A stretch of DNA of 64,000 nucleotides, taken from the IMG/VR virus record IMGVR_UViG_3300033061_001635, positions 111,134 to 175,133 of that record, one strand, 5' to 3'. Made by a program: the position numbers and the translations under genes. The DNA comes from a virus (lineage: Duplodnaviria > Caudoviricetes). Shown in pieces: positions 50,877 to 59,354 of the stretch (its first letter is position 1; each line of letters starts with the position of its first letter). Below the pieces are notes generated by a model. It had not been told where the DNA came from. It ran no database searches and was given only the letters and a program-made list of their open reading frames with translations.

Positions 50877-51071
50877 ATGACGATCAACACCGAAATCACG
50901 ACAACCTATAATGGCAAGCGGTATACGGGATTTATTGTGGAAAGCAAGACGATAAAGAATCGTGAAATGATCACGATCATGATCAAGGATGATACGCGAA
51001 ATGATGGTATTGGCTATCGTAGCCTGTATGTTGACATGATGAGCCAAACTTCTGAAAATCTTTTTGCTTGA
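50877..51071 (+). CDS. Hypothetical early protein
   Basis: 64 aa; Y.GK...G....GYRS.Y motif shared with 53913-54116 and 58922-59221. Confidence 0.6.
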   Translation: MTINTEITTTYNGKRYTGFIVESKTIKNREMITIMIKDDTRNDGIGYRSLYVDMMSQTSENLFA

Positions 51072-51119
51072 CAAAGAAAAAAGTTTCTGTAGAATACATT
51101 CATCACCAAGGGAAATCAA

Positions 51120-51308
51120 ATGAACGATCTGAAAAGTCTTTTTCTTGCGATGGCTTCTGGTAAGTATGCTGGATTCCGAGATACTAAGGGTAAGGGATAT
51201 ATCGGAATCATTAACGGTATCATGCGTGAGGATGGTAGTGGCCGTAACTGGATCATTACTGTGACTGAGGGTATTAAGACTCAAAAGGTTTTCATTCACG
51301 CCACTTGA
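51120..51308 (+). CDS. Hypothetical early protein
   Basis: 62 aa with its own promoter; REDGSGRNW motif. Confidence 0.65.
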   Translation: MNDLKSLFLAMASGKYAGFRDTKGKGYIGIINGIMREDGSGRNWIITVTEGIKTQKVFIHAT

Positions 51309-51310
51309 CC

Positions 51311-51388
51311 TAAAGCCTTGCCGTATAAGACTTTACGGAGAGGCGGGCCGCCCGCGTTTTTCGTAAACTCTTACGCCACAACACCTTG
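51311..51388. repeat. 78-bp double-dyad element, copy 4
   Basis: 25+28+25; 2 nt after the stop at 51308. Confidence 0.9.
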
Positions 51389-51485
51389 CGAACCTTACGA
51401 TCTTTTAAGGGAAAATAAAAGATTCTGCTTGACTCGTTTGTTGATGATAGCGTATAATAGGTACAGAAAGAAAGAGGAACCCGAA

Positions 51486-51701
51486 ATGATCTCCGATAAC
51501 ATCAAACGTGCCTTGTGTCAGATTTGGGGAAGCGAAACGTACCATGTGATTCTGCTTCTCACAACGGACGGCCAACTGTATGCCGAATGTGAGGAAACGA
51601 TGGATCGTAGAAGGATCACCGAGAGCAACTACGTTGAAATACTGAATGATATGTTCTATAACTTCTGTATGGAAAAGGCATCGTGGATGGGCGTCTCATG
51701 A
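51486..51701 (+). CDS. Hypothetical early protein
   Basis: MISDNIKRAL..., GAGG RBS after a promoter. Confidence 0.6.
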   Translation: MISDNIKRALCQIWGSETYHVILLLTTDGQLYAECEETMDRRRITESNYVEILNDMFYNFCMEKASWMGVS

Positions 51702-51771
51702 CCCCCACTAGAGGGGTTGACGGACGAAAAAAATCTGATAAAATACATTCATCACCAAGAGGAAAAAGAAA

Positions 51772-52101
51772 ATGGCTACCAAGTTCAAAATCATCGAAGA
51801 TGCCAAGCGTCAGGTTCGCATGTGCTTTCTCGGCCTTGCTACTCGTCATCAACCATCGCTTGCCGATGGTGAATATGGCCCGATCCACAGTGAAAAGGTT
51901 CACAAGTTCAATCGCAAGGCGTTGCGTCGTGCTGGTAGCGTAAAGGCAGAAAAGACTGACCCCCGCTATAATGGGGGTGAGGATCTTATGATTCTAAAGG
52001 TGGGCAAGCCCGGTTCGGCCGAACGTAAGGAAGCACTGGCACAACAGTATGCGGCGATTCTGGCCTGTGGAGAGGAAGTCTCCCCCTTCGCGGAGGGGTG
52101 A
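51772..52101 (+). CDS. Hypothetical basic early protein
   Basis: 109 aa with GAGG RBS; PGS.E+...L...Y motif. Confidence 0.65.
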   Translation: MATKFKIIEDAKRQVRMCFLGLATRHQPSLADGEYGPIHSEKVHKFNRKALRRAGSVKAEKTDPRYNGGEDLMILKVGKPGSAERKEALAQQYAAILACGEEVSPFAEG

Positions 52102-52118
52102 CATCCGTACACTAATCG

Positions 52119-52196
52119 CAAAGCGTTACGGCGTAAGACTTTACGACGAACGCGGCCGCCACCGTTTGACGTAAACTCTTATCTATCAACGAGTTG
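52119..52196. repeat. 78-bp double-dyad element, copy 5
   Basis: 25+28+25; contains TATCAACGAGTTG (exact WATCAAnnnnTTR). Confidence 0.9.
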
Positions 52197-52306
52197 CGAA
52201 CCTTACGGTATTGTAAGGAAAAATATTCACGATACCCCCTTGCATTGGCCGATATCATCTGTATAATCATGGCATGATGATCACCACCACCAACGGAGAG
52301 CATAAG

Positions 52307-52501
52307 ATGCTGAACGACTTCGACGAAGAGAATGGTGTTCTGGCTGGCCTTGCCGAGCAGGGTATCATCGAGCCTATGGTCGAGCCGATTGACGATCCTA
52401 GTTTGGAAGTGAACTACTGGGATTGGGCAGAAGTGATTGGGGTTGTGGACGATTTGATTCCGACTGCCCCAGAAGAAGATAACTTTTGGAGGGGGTTGTA
52501 A
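52307..52501 (+). CDS. Hypothetical acidic early protein
   Basis: 64 aa with GGAG RBS. Confidence 0.6.
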   Translation: MLNDFDEENGVLAGLAEQGIIEPMVEPIDDPSLEVNYWDWAEVIGVVDDLIPTAPEEDNFWRGL

Positions 52502-52580
52502 ACCAAAATGCTAAACGCTATACTGTTCGTTGTGGCCTATGTTGGGCTTTGTTTCTGTACCATTGCAAAAGAGTAAAAAG

Positions 52581-52844
52581 ATGAGTCACCCTGATCCTTT
52601 GTTCGATCCCGATAACTCTTATGAGGATGATGAGATGAATCCTAACTATGATGACCATGACGATTTCTACGGTGATGATCTGGACGCTGATGAACTGATC
52701 GACCAGTGGGATGATGCTGACCATTATGATGACAGCATGGATGGTGATCACGACAGTGCCATGACTTCGTGCGGTTGGGGAACCGACGAGGACTACGGGT
52801 ATTATCCGGAGGACGAGTATGGCGATTGGGGAGACGATTACTAG
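52581..52844 (+). CDS. Extremely acidic protein (candidate nucleic-acid mimic)
   Basis: 87 aa, 34 Asp/Glu, no Lys/Arg, aromatic-rich. Confidence 0.65.
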   Translation: MSHPDPLFDPDNSYEDDEMNPNYDDHDDFYGDDLDADELIDQWDDADHYDDSMDGDHDSAMTSCGWGTDEDYGYYPEDEYGDWGDDY

Positions 52845-52847
52845 CCC

Positions 52848-52925
52848 TAAAGCCTTGCCGCATAACACTTTGCGGCGAGGCGGGCCGCACGGGTTCGACG
52901 TAAACTCTTATCTGCTAAGGACTTA
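52848..52925. repeat. 78-bp double-dyad element, copy 6
   Basis: 25+28+25; 3 nt after the stop at 52844. Confidence 0.9.
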
Positions 52926-53009
52926 CAGCAAAAAAAGATTTTTTAAAGAAAAACCTATTGACAGGCCGATAATAGATTGTACAATAGTGAAAAAGAAAGG
53001 GATCGAAAA

Positions 53010-53201
53010 ATGAAACTTTACCGACTAGTTTTGAATGACGAGCCGACCACCTATACGGTGGGTGGTTATGATTGGCCCGACGCGTTGCAGCGACTTGCCA
53101 CGACGAACCAGATGCTAAAAAATCTGCTTGACGAAACAAACACCGATCCTGCCATGGTCTATTTGAGGGAAAATACCAAGATTTCCTTCGAAGAGATTTG
53201 A
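53010..53201 (+). CDS. Hypothetical early protein
   Basis: 63 aa after a promoter. Confidence 0.55.
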   Translation: MKLYRLVLNDEPTTYTVGGYDWPDALQRLATTNQMLKNLLDETNTDPAMVYLRENTKISFEEI

Positions 53202-53422
53202 CTTTCAAAGTTTGTACTGTAAAATGTCGATATAAAGGAAAAGGAAAACAAATGTTTGGACTGGTATTTTTAGCGATTTTAGGTTATATGATGTATATCG
53301 AAATCGTCACCTGTTTTGAGAATCGACGAGACGAAAAAAGAATCCGCGAATATTTCAAGAATCGCGGTTGACAAAGCCGATAAGTAGAGTATACTTAGAA
53401 CATCACCCAGAAGGAAAAGAAC

Positions 53423-53746
53423 ATGACTCACGCAGAAGCAACAAAGATGGTTTTGGGCAAGCGGAATCGTGGCCAGCGTAAGGTTGGAAACAATACCTAT
53501 GCTTACATTCTGCTCGATGGAAGTGTGGCAATCGAGTTGCATGGTACTAAGGTGGTAACGATTCATCCTGATGATAGCGTGACACTGAATAGTGGCGGCT
53601 ATCATACAAGCACCACCAAAAAGCGTATCAATCAGTATAGCCCAGTGCGAGTGTACCAGAAGAACTACGAATGGTTTCTCAGTGATGGTACTCCGTTTGA
53701 GGATCGGATGATCGTGACCCCTGATTGGGTGGTTTGCCCCGTCTGA
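53423..53746 (+). CDS. Hypothetical early protein
   Basis: 107 aa; LHGT.V...L.SGGY.T.TTKKRIN...VYQK.Y.W. Confidence 0.7.
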   Translation: MTHAEATKMVLGKRNRGQRKVGNNTYAYILLDGSVAIELHGTKVVTIHPDDSVTLNSGGYHTSTTKKRINQYSPVRVYQKNYEWFLSDGTPFEDRMIVTPDWVVCPV

Positions 53747-53749
53747 CCT

Positions 53750-53827
53750 TAAAGCCTTGATGTATAAGACTTTACATCGAGGCCGGTCGGCCGCGTTTTT
53801 CCTAAACTCTTATCAACAAACGACTTA
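53750..53827. repeat. 78-bp double-dyad element, copy 7
   Basis: 25+28+25; 3 nt after the stop at 53746. Confidence 0.9.
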
Positions 53828-53912
53828 GCACAAAAACTTTTTTTAATGCTGCCACTTGACAAATGCCGATAATAGATGTAGACTTGATGGTATTCAACAA
53901 CGAGGAGTAGAT

Positions 53913-54116
53913 ATGAGAGATGCTGTGCTGGTTCCTGTGCGTCATGATAACGTGAGTTTCAAGTATCATGGTAAGGACTTTGTGGGTGAGGTTCGTCGAG
54001 TGTACGACAAGCCCAAGGGTCATTTGATGATCGTGAAGATCGAAGAGGGTAAGTATAGGTCGTGCTATCTGGAACAGTGCGAGGGATTGACCATTCACCT
54101 GTCTCACCCGATGTAA
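53913..54116 (+). CDS. Hypothetical early protein (WYL/SH3-like beta pattern)
   Basis: 67 aa with GAGGAG RBS; F.Y.GK...G.V...YRS.Y. Confidence 0.6.
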   Translation: MRDAVLVPVRHDNVSFKYHGKDFVGEVRRVYDKPKGHLMIVKIEEGKYRSCYLEQCEGLTIHLSHPM

Positions 54117-54598
54117 TCGGGTTGCTGACGGTGCTGTAGTCAGCAGGATAGTCGGAACTTGACAGAAAACACTTGGAAAGGTAGAATGGTGCAGATATGG
54201 GTGAAATCCTGTTGTGGTTTGTGGGAATGGTCGGGATTATTGCTCTAGGGTGTTTTATTTCTTGGATTTTGGAGATGGTATATGATTGATGATGGGGTTG
54301 TTCACTACTATACTGTGCAGATTTTGCTTCTTTTTCAGGATATGGTTGGTTTTGTTCTGGAGTTTATCTAAAGGAAAGGGCTACGGATGGCCGATATATA
54401 TCTAGACTGGAATAGTTTCGGTGTGGGATTTGTTATTGGCCTTGGTTGTGCTTGGTTTGTTTGTGATCTTGTTTTTCCATTAAGGAAGTAAGATGACTAT
54501 TAAGGATAAGATTATTCTAGGGGCTGCTGATATCTTGAATCCGTATGCTTGACAATGCTTGATTGTGTGATAAGATGAAACCAAAGGAGAAAGTGAAA

Positions 54599-54832
54599 AT
54601 GACGAAGTGTATTGTGACGGTTACTGATACGTTCGGTGGTGAGGCTAACTACGGTTGGGTGAAACGGTACGAGTTTCAGCCCCGTAATGCTGAGTCTCAG
54701 CGTAGTGTTATTCGACAGGCCAAGTCTCTGGCGAATATGACTGCGGTAAAGGCTGATACTTACGACTATGGTGATGGTTATACCGTGAAGCCGCGAGGAT
54801 ATAACCAGATTATCTTCGTTGATTTTGAATGA
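54599..54832 (+). CDS. Hypothetical early protein
   Basis: TDTFGGEANY.WV.R motif; AGGAG RBS. Confidence 0.7.
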   Translation: MTKCIVTVTDTFGGEANYGWVKRYEFQPRNAESQRSVIRQAKSLANMTAVKADTYDYGDGYTVKPRGYNQIIFVDFE

Positions 54833-54836
54833 GCCA

Positions 54837-54914
54837 TAAACCCTTGCTGCATAAGACTTTGCAGCATGGGTGGCCGCCCGCGTTTTTCGCAAACTGTTGT
54901 GGCATAAGGACTTG
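54837..54914. repeat. 78-bp double-dyad element, copy 8
   Basis: 25+28+25; 4 nt after the stop at 54832. Confidence 0.9.
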
Positions 54915-55017
54915 CGGCAAAAAGATTTTTTCAAGGTTACCCCTTGACAATGCCGATAATAGATGTATACTGGGGCTATCTGGTTTGGTTGGTCTTCACT
55001 ACACGAAAGGGATTTTT

Positions 55018-55425
55018 ATGAACGATGTTCTTCTTTTTGGTTCGATTGCTACGGTTGTTGTTTGCTGCCTTGCTATGTTTGCTGCTTATGGTATCTATGG
55101 TGGTGCTCATGGGTCGCTGTCAACGGCAAAGGCCGGAGAGTTCTATAACTTTGAATATCTCCAGCCTAATGCTGGTGACCCTGAGCGTTATCTGGCAAAG
55201 GTACTGAGTGTGCATGTGTTGGACGATAATGCTATTCGCAGGCTGAATGCTCGCAGTGCATATCGTCGCAATGATAGCAACTTTCAGCGTAGCAATCATC
55301 TGGTAACGTGCCAGACTGCTGATGGTAAGATTCGCAACTTCTATGCTGAACGTACCGTGAACTGCCGTAGGCCGCTGTTGGCTGGTGCAGTATTCAAGGC
55401 TGGTTTGGCAAGCCTTCTCTTCTGA
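55018..55425 (+). CDS. Membrane-anchored early protein
   Basis: N-terminal hydrophobic helix followed by a soluble domain (135 aa). Confidence 0.6.
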   Translation: MNDVLLFGSIATVVVCCLAMFAAYGIYGGAHGSLSTAKAGEFYNFEYLQPNAGDPERYLAKVLSVHVLDDNAIRRLNARSAYRRNDSNFQRSNHLVTCQTADGKIRNFYAERTVNCRRPLLAGAVFKAGLASLLF

Positions 55426-55455
55426 TTTTCTCGTGGTGGTGAAGTGACCTCGCTC

Positions 55456-55533
55456 TAAGTTCTTGCAAGCCAAGAGTTTAGGGCGAGGCACTCCGCCCGG
55501 ACTTGACGTAAAGTCTTATGCTGTATGGTTTTA
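55456..55533. repeat. 78-bp double-dyad element, copy 9 (inner arms in reversed form)
   Basis: 25+28+25; AAGAGTTTA...TAAAGTCTT. Confidence 0.85.
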
Positions 55534-55600
55534 GAGAAAAACTCTAGAGCATATTGACAAAGGGCCGATAATGTGTATAATGCGACTAAGGAGAAAGTTT

Positions 55601-55756
55601 ATGACGAATCACCAATGCCTAGCGGGAATGTCTTGGAGAGTGTTTCAGCATGGTCGATTTGTTGGCTATGTTGTATCGTTTAGCCAGTATGATGCTTGGA
55701 GAAAGGCTAAAGATAAGTATGGTAGTGATCTAAGGATTGAGAAGGTAGTCTGCTAA
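55601..55756 (+). CDS. Hypothetical early protein
   Basis: 51 aa with AAGGAG RBS. Confidence 0.55.
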   Translation: MTNHQCLAGMSWRVFQHGRFVGYVVSFSQYDAWRKAKDKYGSDLRIEKVVC

Positions 55757-55763
55757 ATATCTT

Positions 55764-55835
55764 GGCCCCATCTTCTAACGGTTAGGAAATCGGATTTTCG
55801 CTCCGAGAATCAGGGTTCGATTCCCTGTGGGGTCA
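55764..55835 (+). tRNA. tRNA-Glu(TTC)
   Basis: Cloverleaf GGCCCCA/TGGGGTC, anticodon arm TCGGA-TTTTCGC-TCCGA, T-arm CAGGG-TTCGATT-CCCTG; no encoded CCA. Confidence 0.9.
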
Positions 55836-55931
55836 TTGGCTTGTATCAGGTAATCCTGCGGATTTGGGCGGCGTGGGCATAGTCAGCGAGAACCCGTTGA
55901 CAAAAAAGCTTTATAGTGGTAGGATAGTGCC

Positions 55932-56522
55932 ATGCTTGCAACATTATTCTATTATCTGAGCAATAACCGTAAGGGTTGTTTGGATTTGTTGCGTCTTAGC
56001 AACACAATAGGTAACAGCTTGAACTCTAGGTGTGACAGATTTCTGAAAGCTGAAATCATTGACACTGCATATTCTCGTATTTTTCCACGGTTACAGTATG
56101 TGGATGAAATCGGATATGATTTTACTTTCTTTGATTGGAAAGTTTCTCAGAAAAGCCAATCGGGTGTTTTCAAGAAAAGGGCTCAAAAGACTAATAAAAT
56201 AATAGTATCTAATATTCATCAGGGGTGTGATATTAGTTATAAGATATTTGACTATATTATCATTACTCAAACTGCTCGCCCGTTCTCTATTGCTGTTGCA
56301 GAATATGATGTTGTTAGCCGGTTTATGAAAAATGAAAGGGATAGTATTACGGCCGAAATCCCTTTTAGCCATCTACAGTTTGTGGTTCATCCTAATGAGG
56401 ATATTAGTTTTGATAATGCCTCTATGGATTTTAAGGTTTATAAAAATGAGATGATAAATCGTATGTTGGATATGGGATTCTTGGAGAAAGTAGAACAATC
56501 GACGCAAGTTGCTGTGGCGTAA
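55932..56522 (+). CDS. Hypothetical protein, possibly restriction-endonuclease-like fold
   Basis: 196 aa; E...GYDF.....VSQK resembles a degenerate PD-(D/E)xK core; stop codon lies inside repeat copy 10. Confidence 0.5.
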   Translation: MLATLFYYLSNNRKGCLDLLRLSNTIGNSLNSRCDRFLKAEIIDTAYSRIFPRLQYVDEIGYDFTFFDWKVSQKSQSGVFKKRAQKTNKIIVSNIHQGCDISYKIFDYIIITQTARPFSIAVAEYDVVSRFMKNERDSITAEIPFSHLQFVVHPNEDISFDNASMDFKVYKNEMINRMLDMGFLEKVEQSTQVAVA

Positions 56523-56582
56523 GACTTTACAACAAAGCTGCCCGCCCGGTTTTGACGTAAACTCTTATCCTCTATAGACTTG
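56505..56582. repeat. 78-bp double-dyad element, copy 10
   Basis: 25+28+25; overlaps the upstream stop codon. Confidence 0.85.
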
Positions 56583-56663
56583 CATCAAAAAGTTTTTTTC
56601 TACAGAATACTCTCTTGACAGACCGATAATAGGAGTGTAGAATCATAGCACAGGAGACAAAAG

Positions 56664-56858
56664 ATGTTTGCCACTAAGTTTATGGATCATGCGGCTTACG
56701 CTAAAAAGGTTAAGAAGATGACTTATTCTGAACTTCTTTTTACGATTAAAGATTGTAGGGAAGTTTTGAAAGCGTGGCCTGACCAGCCAAACTATGGCTA
56801 CTATGCTGATGAAATCTGCTATTGCTCTGATGAAATCCGACGGCGACAAAAAATCTAA
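56664..56858 (+). CDS. Hypothetical early protein
   Basis: 64 aa with AGGAG RBS; L.F.IKDC.E......P..GYYADEI motif. Confidence 0.7.
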   Translation: MFATKFMDHAAYAKKVKKMTYSELLFTIKDCREVLKAWPDQPNYGYYADEICYCSDEIRRRQKI

Positions 56859-56912
56859 AGAACAGGGTATTGACAAGCCGATAATAGATGATAGAATGAG
56901 AGAGTAAGACAT

Positions 56913-57012
56913 GGAGAATGTAGCGTAATGGTAGCGTGTGGGAAGTTCCGAACTGCGACAGCAGAGTAGGCAAACAAATGCCCATGAGGTGGTTCGATTC
57001 CACTCTTCTCCC
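56913..57012 (+). ncRNA. tRNA-like RNA with expanded (~38-nt) anticodon loop
   Basis: GGAGAA/TTCTCC acceptor, TAGCGTAATGGTAGCG D-arm, GTGGG/CCCAT stem, GTGG-TTCGATT-CCAC T-arm; own upstream promoter. Confidence 0.55.
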
Positions 57013-57335
57013 CTAGTCACCAACGAAAATCCGATTCATTCGGTGTGCTACCCTCCATAAATGAGACCATAGCCTATATTGGTGACACAATACAAACGTG
57101 CGTCTAGCGACTAGATTAGATAACCTATTGGGGACGGCTGTGCTGGTTATGCACTGGGAACCGATACTAATCTACGGGGGTGCGATTCCTCTGCCACGCT
57201 CTAATACAACCAGTAATCGTTCCAAGAGCCAGACGGCATGAGTCATGAACTATGCCTAGGAAGGATTTCCGTGGGCGGTTTTCATAGAATCGGGGCGTAA
57301 AAGATTCGCTGGTATAATAAAAAAGGGGTTCGCTC

Positions 57336-57413
57336 TAAATGCTTACGCTGTAAGAGTTTAGGGCAAACTGCCGCGGCCACATTCGTCGTAAAGTCTTACC
57401 CACCAACAACTTA
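57336..57413. repeat. 78-bp double-dyad element, copy 11 (inverted)
   Basis: 25+28+25; inner arms and GCGGCC core both reverse-complemented relative to most copies. Confidence 0.9.
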
Positions 57414-57484
57414 GGATTGCTAAAGAAAAGCCTATTGACAAGCCGATAATACTAGTGTAGAATAGTAGCACAAGGAGAAAAACT

Positions 57485-57751
57485 ATGATTGGCTTTCAGC
57501 GATTTGGTTTGAGTGATCGTGTTGAGCGTTGGGTGAGTCACGATGGTGGCACTGTAACTTTTAGTGGCACTACCCATAGTGGCAAGAGTTTTTCTATCGT
57601 GACGTATCTTAGTGAGGCTAATCGTTGGGCTAATGGCGGATCGGTACAAGAGTGTTTCCCTCACTTAACTGCGGAAGAGCGTGAGATTCTGTTGACCGGA
57701 AACGACGATGAATCTTGGAGCAATATGTTTCCATCGGAGGACGAAGAATGA
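57485..57751 (+). CDS. Hypothetical early protein
   Basis: 88 aa; W..G..VQ.CFPHLTAEEREILLTG motif. Confidence 0.7.
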   Translation: MIGFQRFGLSDRVERWVSHDGGTVTFSGTTHSGKSFSIVTYLSEANRWANGGSVQECFPHLTAEEREILLTGNDDESWSNMFPSEDEE

Positions 57752-57978
57752 CCGTTAACGAACTGATTGAGCAGTTGAAGGGTTATCCGGGCGATATGAG
57801 GGTATTGACTCTTGGGTATGAGGGTGGATATAACGATATTCAACTTAGTACCGAAGATATCGTATTAAACTTCAAAGAGAATGATGCTTGGTATTATGGA
57901 CCTCATGAATGTGTGAAGTATACTGATAGTGATATTAGTCTGAAATGTGTGATTGTTGGAAGGGGTAGGGTAGGATAA
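57748..57978 (+). CDS. Hypothetical early protein
   Basis: MTV.ELIE.L..YP.DM.V...GYEGG..D; ATGA overlap with the upstream gene. Confidence 0.7.
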   Translation: MTVNELIEQLKGYPGDMRVLTLGYEGGYNDIQLSTEDIVLNFKENDAWYYGPHECVKYTDSDISLKCVIVGRGRVG

Positions 57979-57981
57979 ATA

Positions 57982-58239
57982 ATGGAATGGATTAGTTTTT
58001 TTGGTCCTCGTCGCCCTATCAACGGCCAAAAGGTTTATTACTTTGGCGAGTATATTGGGGTGTGGCAGGGAAGGTATGAGATTCATAAGGATGATCCAGT
58101 AAGTGAACATATCTTGATTTGTGAAGAAAGCCCCGGTATAGTAGATCGTATGGATGCTCCTTGGTGGATGCCATACGAGGGACAGCCAAAACCAAAACGA
58201 CCAGAAACTGACTACCCAAAGGATTATCCACATGGCTAA
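57982..58239 (+). CDS. Hypothetical protein (DUF551-like MEWIS...P...WMP.P pattern)
   Basis: 85 aa; motif pattern only. Confidence 0.55.
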   Translation: MEWISFFGPRRPINGQKVYYFGEYIGVWQGRYEIHKDDPVSEHILICEESPGIVDRMDAPWWMPYEGQPKPKRPETDYPKDYPHG

Positions 58240-58444
58240 AAACTTTAAAGATTTGATTAGTGCTGATCCTAAGACTATGACTAGGGAACAGGCTATGATT
58301 TATATTATCAACTTTTTTAGCTCTCGTATGATGACAACTAGTGTTAAGCATGTGAGTAAGGCTAAAGAGTTGATTGGACTGCATGAGATTGGTGCTTCTG
58401 AACTAGTGGATAAGTATGTGGAGTTAGTTTATGAAAACTCTTGA
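58232..58444 (+). CDS. Hypothetical protein
   Basis: 70 aa overlapping the upstream stop; AAGGA RBS. Confidence 0.55.
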   Translation: MAKNFKDLISADPKTMTREQAMIYIINFFSSRMMTTSVKHVSKAKELIGLHEIGASELVDKYVELVYENS

Positions 58445-58542
58445 TAATGTTTGTCATTGTGGTAACTGTAATGAACTGTGTTATATCTTAGATAAGCATG
58501 AGGTTTTTTGGAGTTTCTGTGCCGATTGCTACTGGTGGTATC

Positions 58543-58620
58543 TAAAGCATTGAAGCGTAAGACTTTAGAGCAAACCGGGGCGGCCGGATTTGACGTAAAG
58601 TGTTGTGGCATAAGCACTTA
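58543..58620. repeat. 78-bp double-dyad element, copy 12 (core inverted)
   Basis: 25+28+25; GCGGCC at core positions 13-18. Confidence 0.9.
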
Positions 58621-58703
58621 GAGAAAATCTTTTTTCTGTCTTGACAAAATAAAGTTCTCGTGGTAGAATGTCGATAATAGAAGTAGAAGAAAGAGAGTGA
58701 AAG

Positions 58704-58925
58704 ATGAGTTGGAATGGTTATCGGATGAGTAGAGATATGTGGGGCCACTTACGACATGAACATATCCATACTGGTTGGACTACAACTTTTGATATGGATG
58801 GTAAGCGTTGGAAAATGAAACTTGGTTCACAGTATACAACCAAGATGGAAGTTAAATGTAAGGTTTTATCTAAACACCCTACTGCTACTAATATTCGTTG
58901 TGAAAAAATCATTTGTGAGGTTTGA
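58704..58925 (+). CDS. Hypothetical early protein
   Basis: 73 aa after a promoter. Confidence 0.55.
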   Translation: MSWNGYRMSRDMWGHLRHEHIHTGWTTTFDMDGKRWKMKLGSQYTTKMEVKCKVLSKHPTATNIRCEKIICEV

Positions 58926-59221
58926 GTATGAATGGAAATAATCCTTATTGGCCGTATTGGATTGGTAATACCATGAACTTTACCTATAATGGTAAGAATG
59001 TTTGGGGGACTATACTCAAGTTTGGTAAAGATTGGGTAACCTGTATTACTAAGGACGGTTACCGATCTTACAAGTGGAACAAGATGAGTCCACCCTGTTT
59101 GTATCAGTGTAGAGTTAGTGAGTTGATTCTGCACTATGAGAGATATAATAATATGGATTTTGAATATCTGTATAAGTATTATGGGCCATCTAAGCCGATA
59201 GTTCAGTGGACTATGGATTGA
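58922..59221 (+). CDS. Hypothetical early protein
   Basis: F.YNGK...G......GYRSY motif; start uncertain. Confidence 0.55.
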   Translation: MSMNGNNPYWPYWIGNTMNFTYNGKNVWGTILKFGKDWVTCITKDGYRSYKWNKMSPPCLYQCRVSELILHYERYNNMDFEYLYKYYGPSKPIVQWTMD

Positions 59222-59223
59222 CG

Positions 59224-59301
59224 TAAGTCCTTGCAGTATAACACTTTACATCGAGGCTGCGGGCGACGGCTTGACGTAAACTCTTATGCCTCAACCACTT
59301 A
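59224..59301. repeat. 78-bp double-dyad element, copy 13
   Basis: 25+28+25; 2 nt after the stop at 59221. Confidence 0.9.
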
Positions 59302-59354
59302 GGATTTTTTAAAGAAAACTCTTGACAACACCCGATAATAGAGGTATACTTAGG

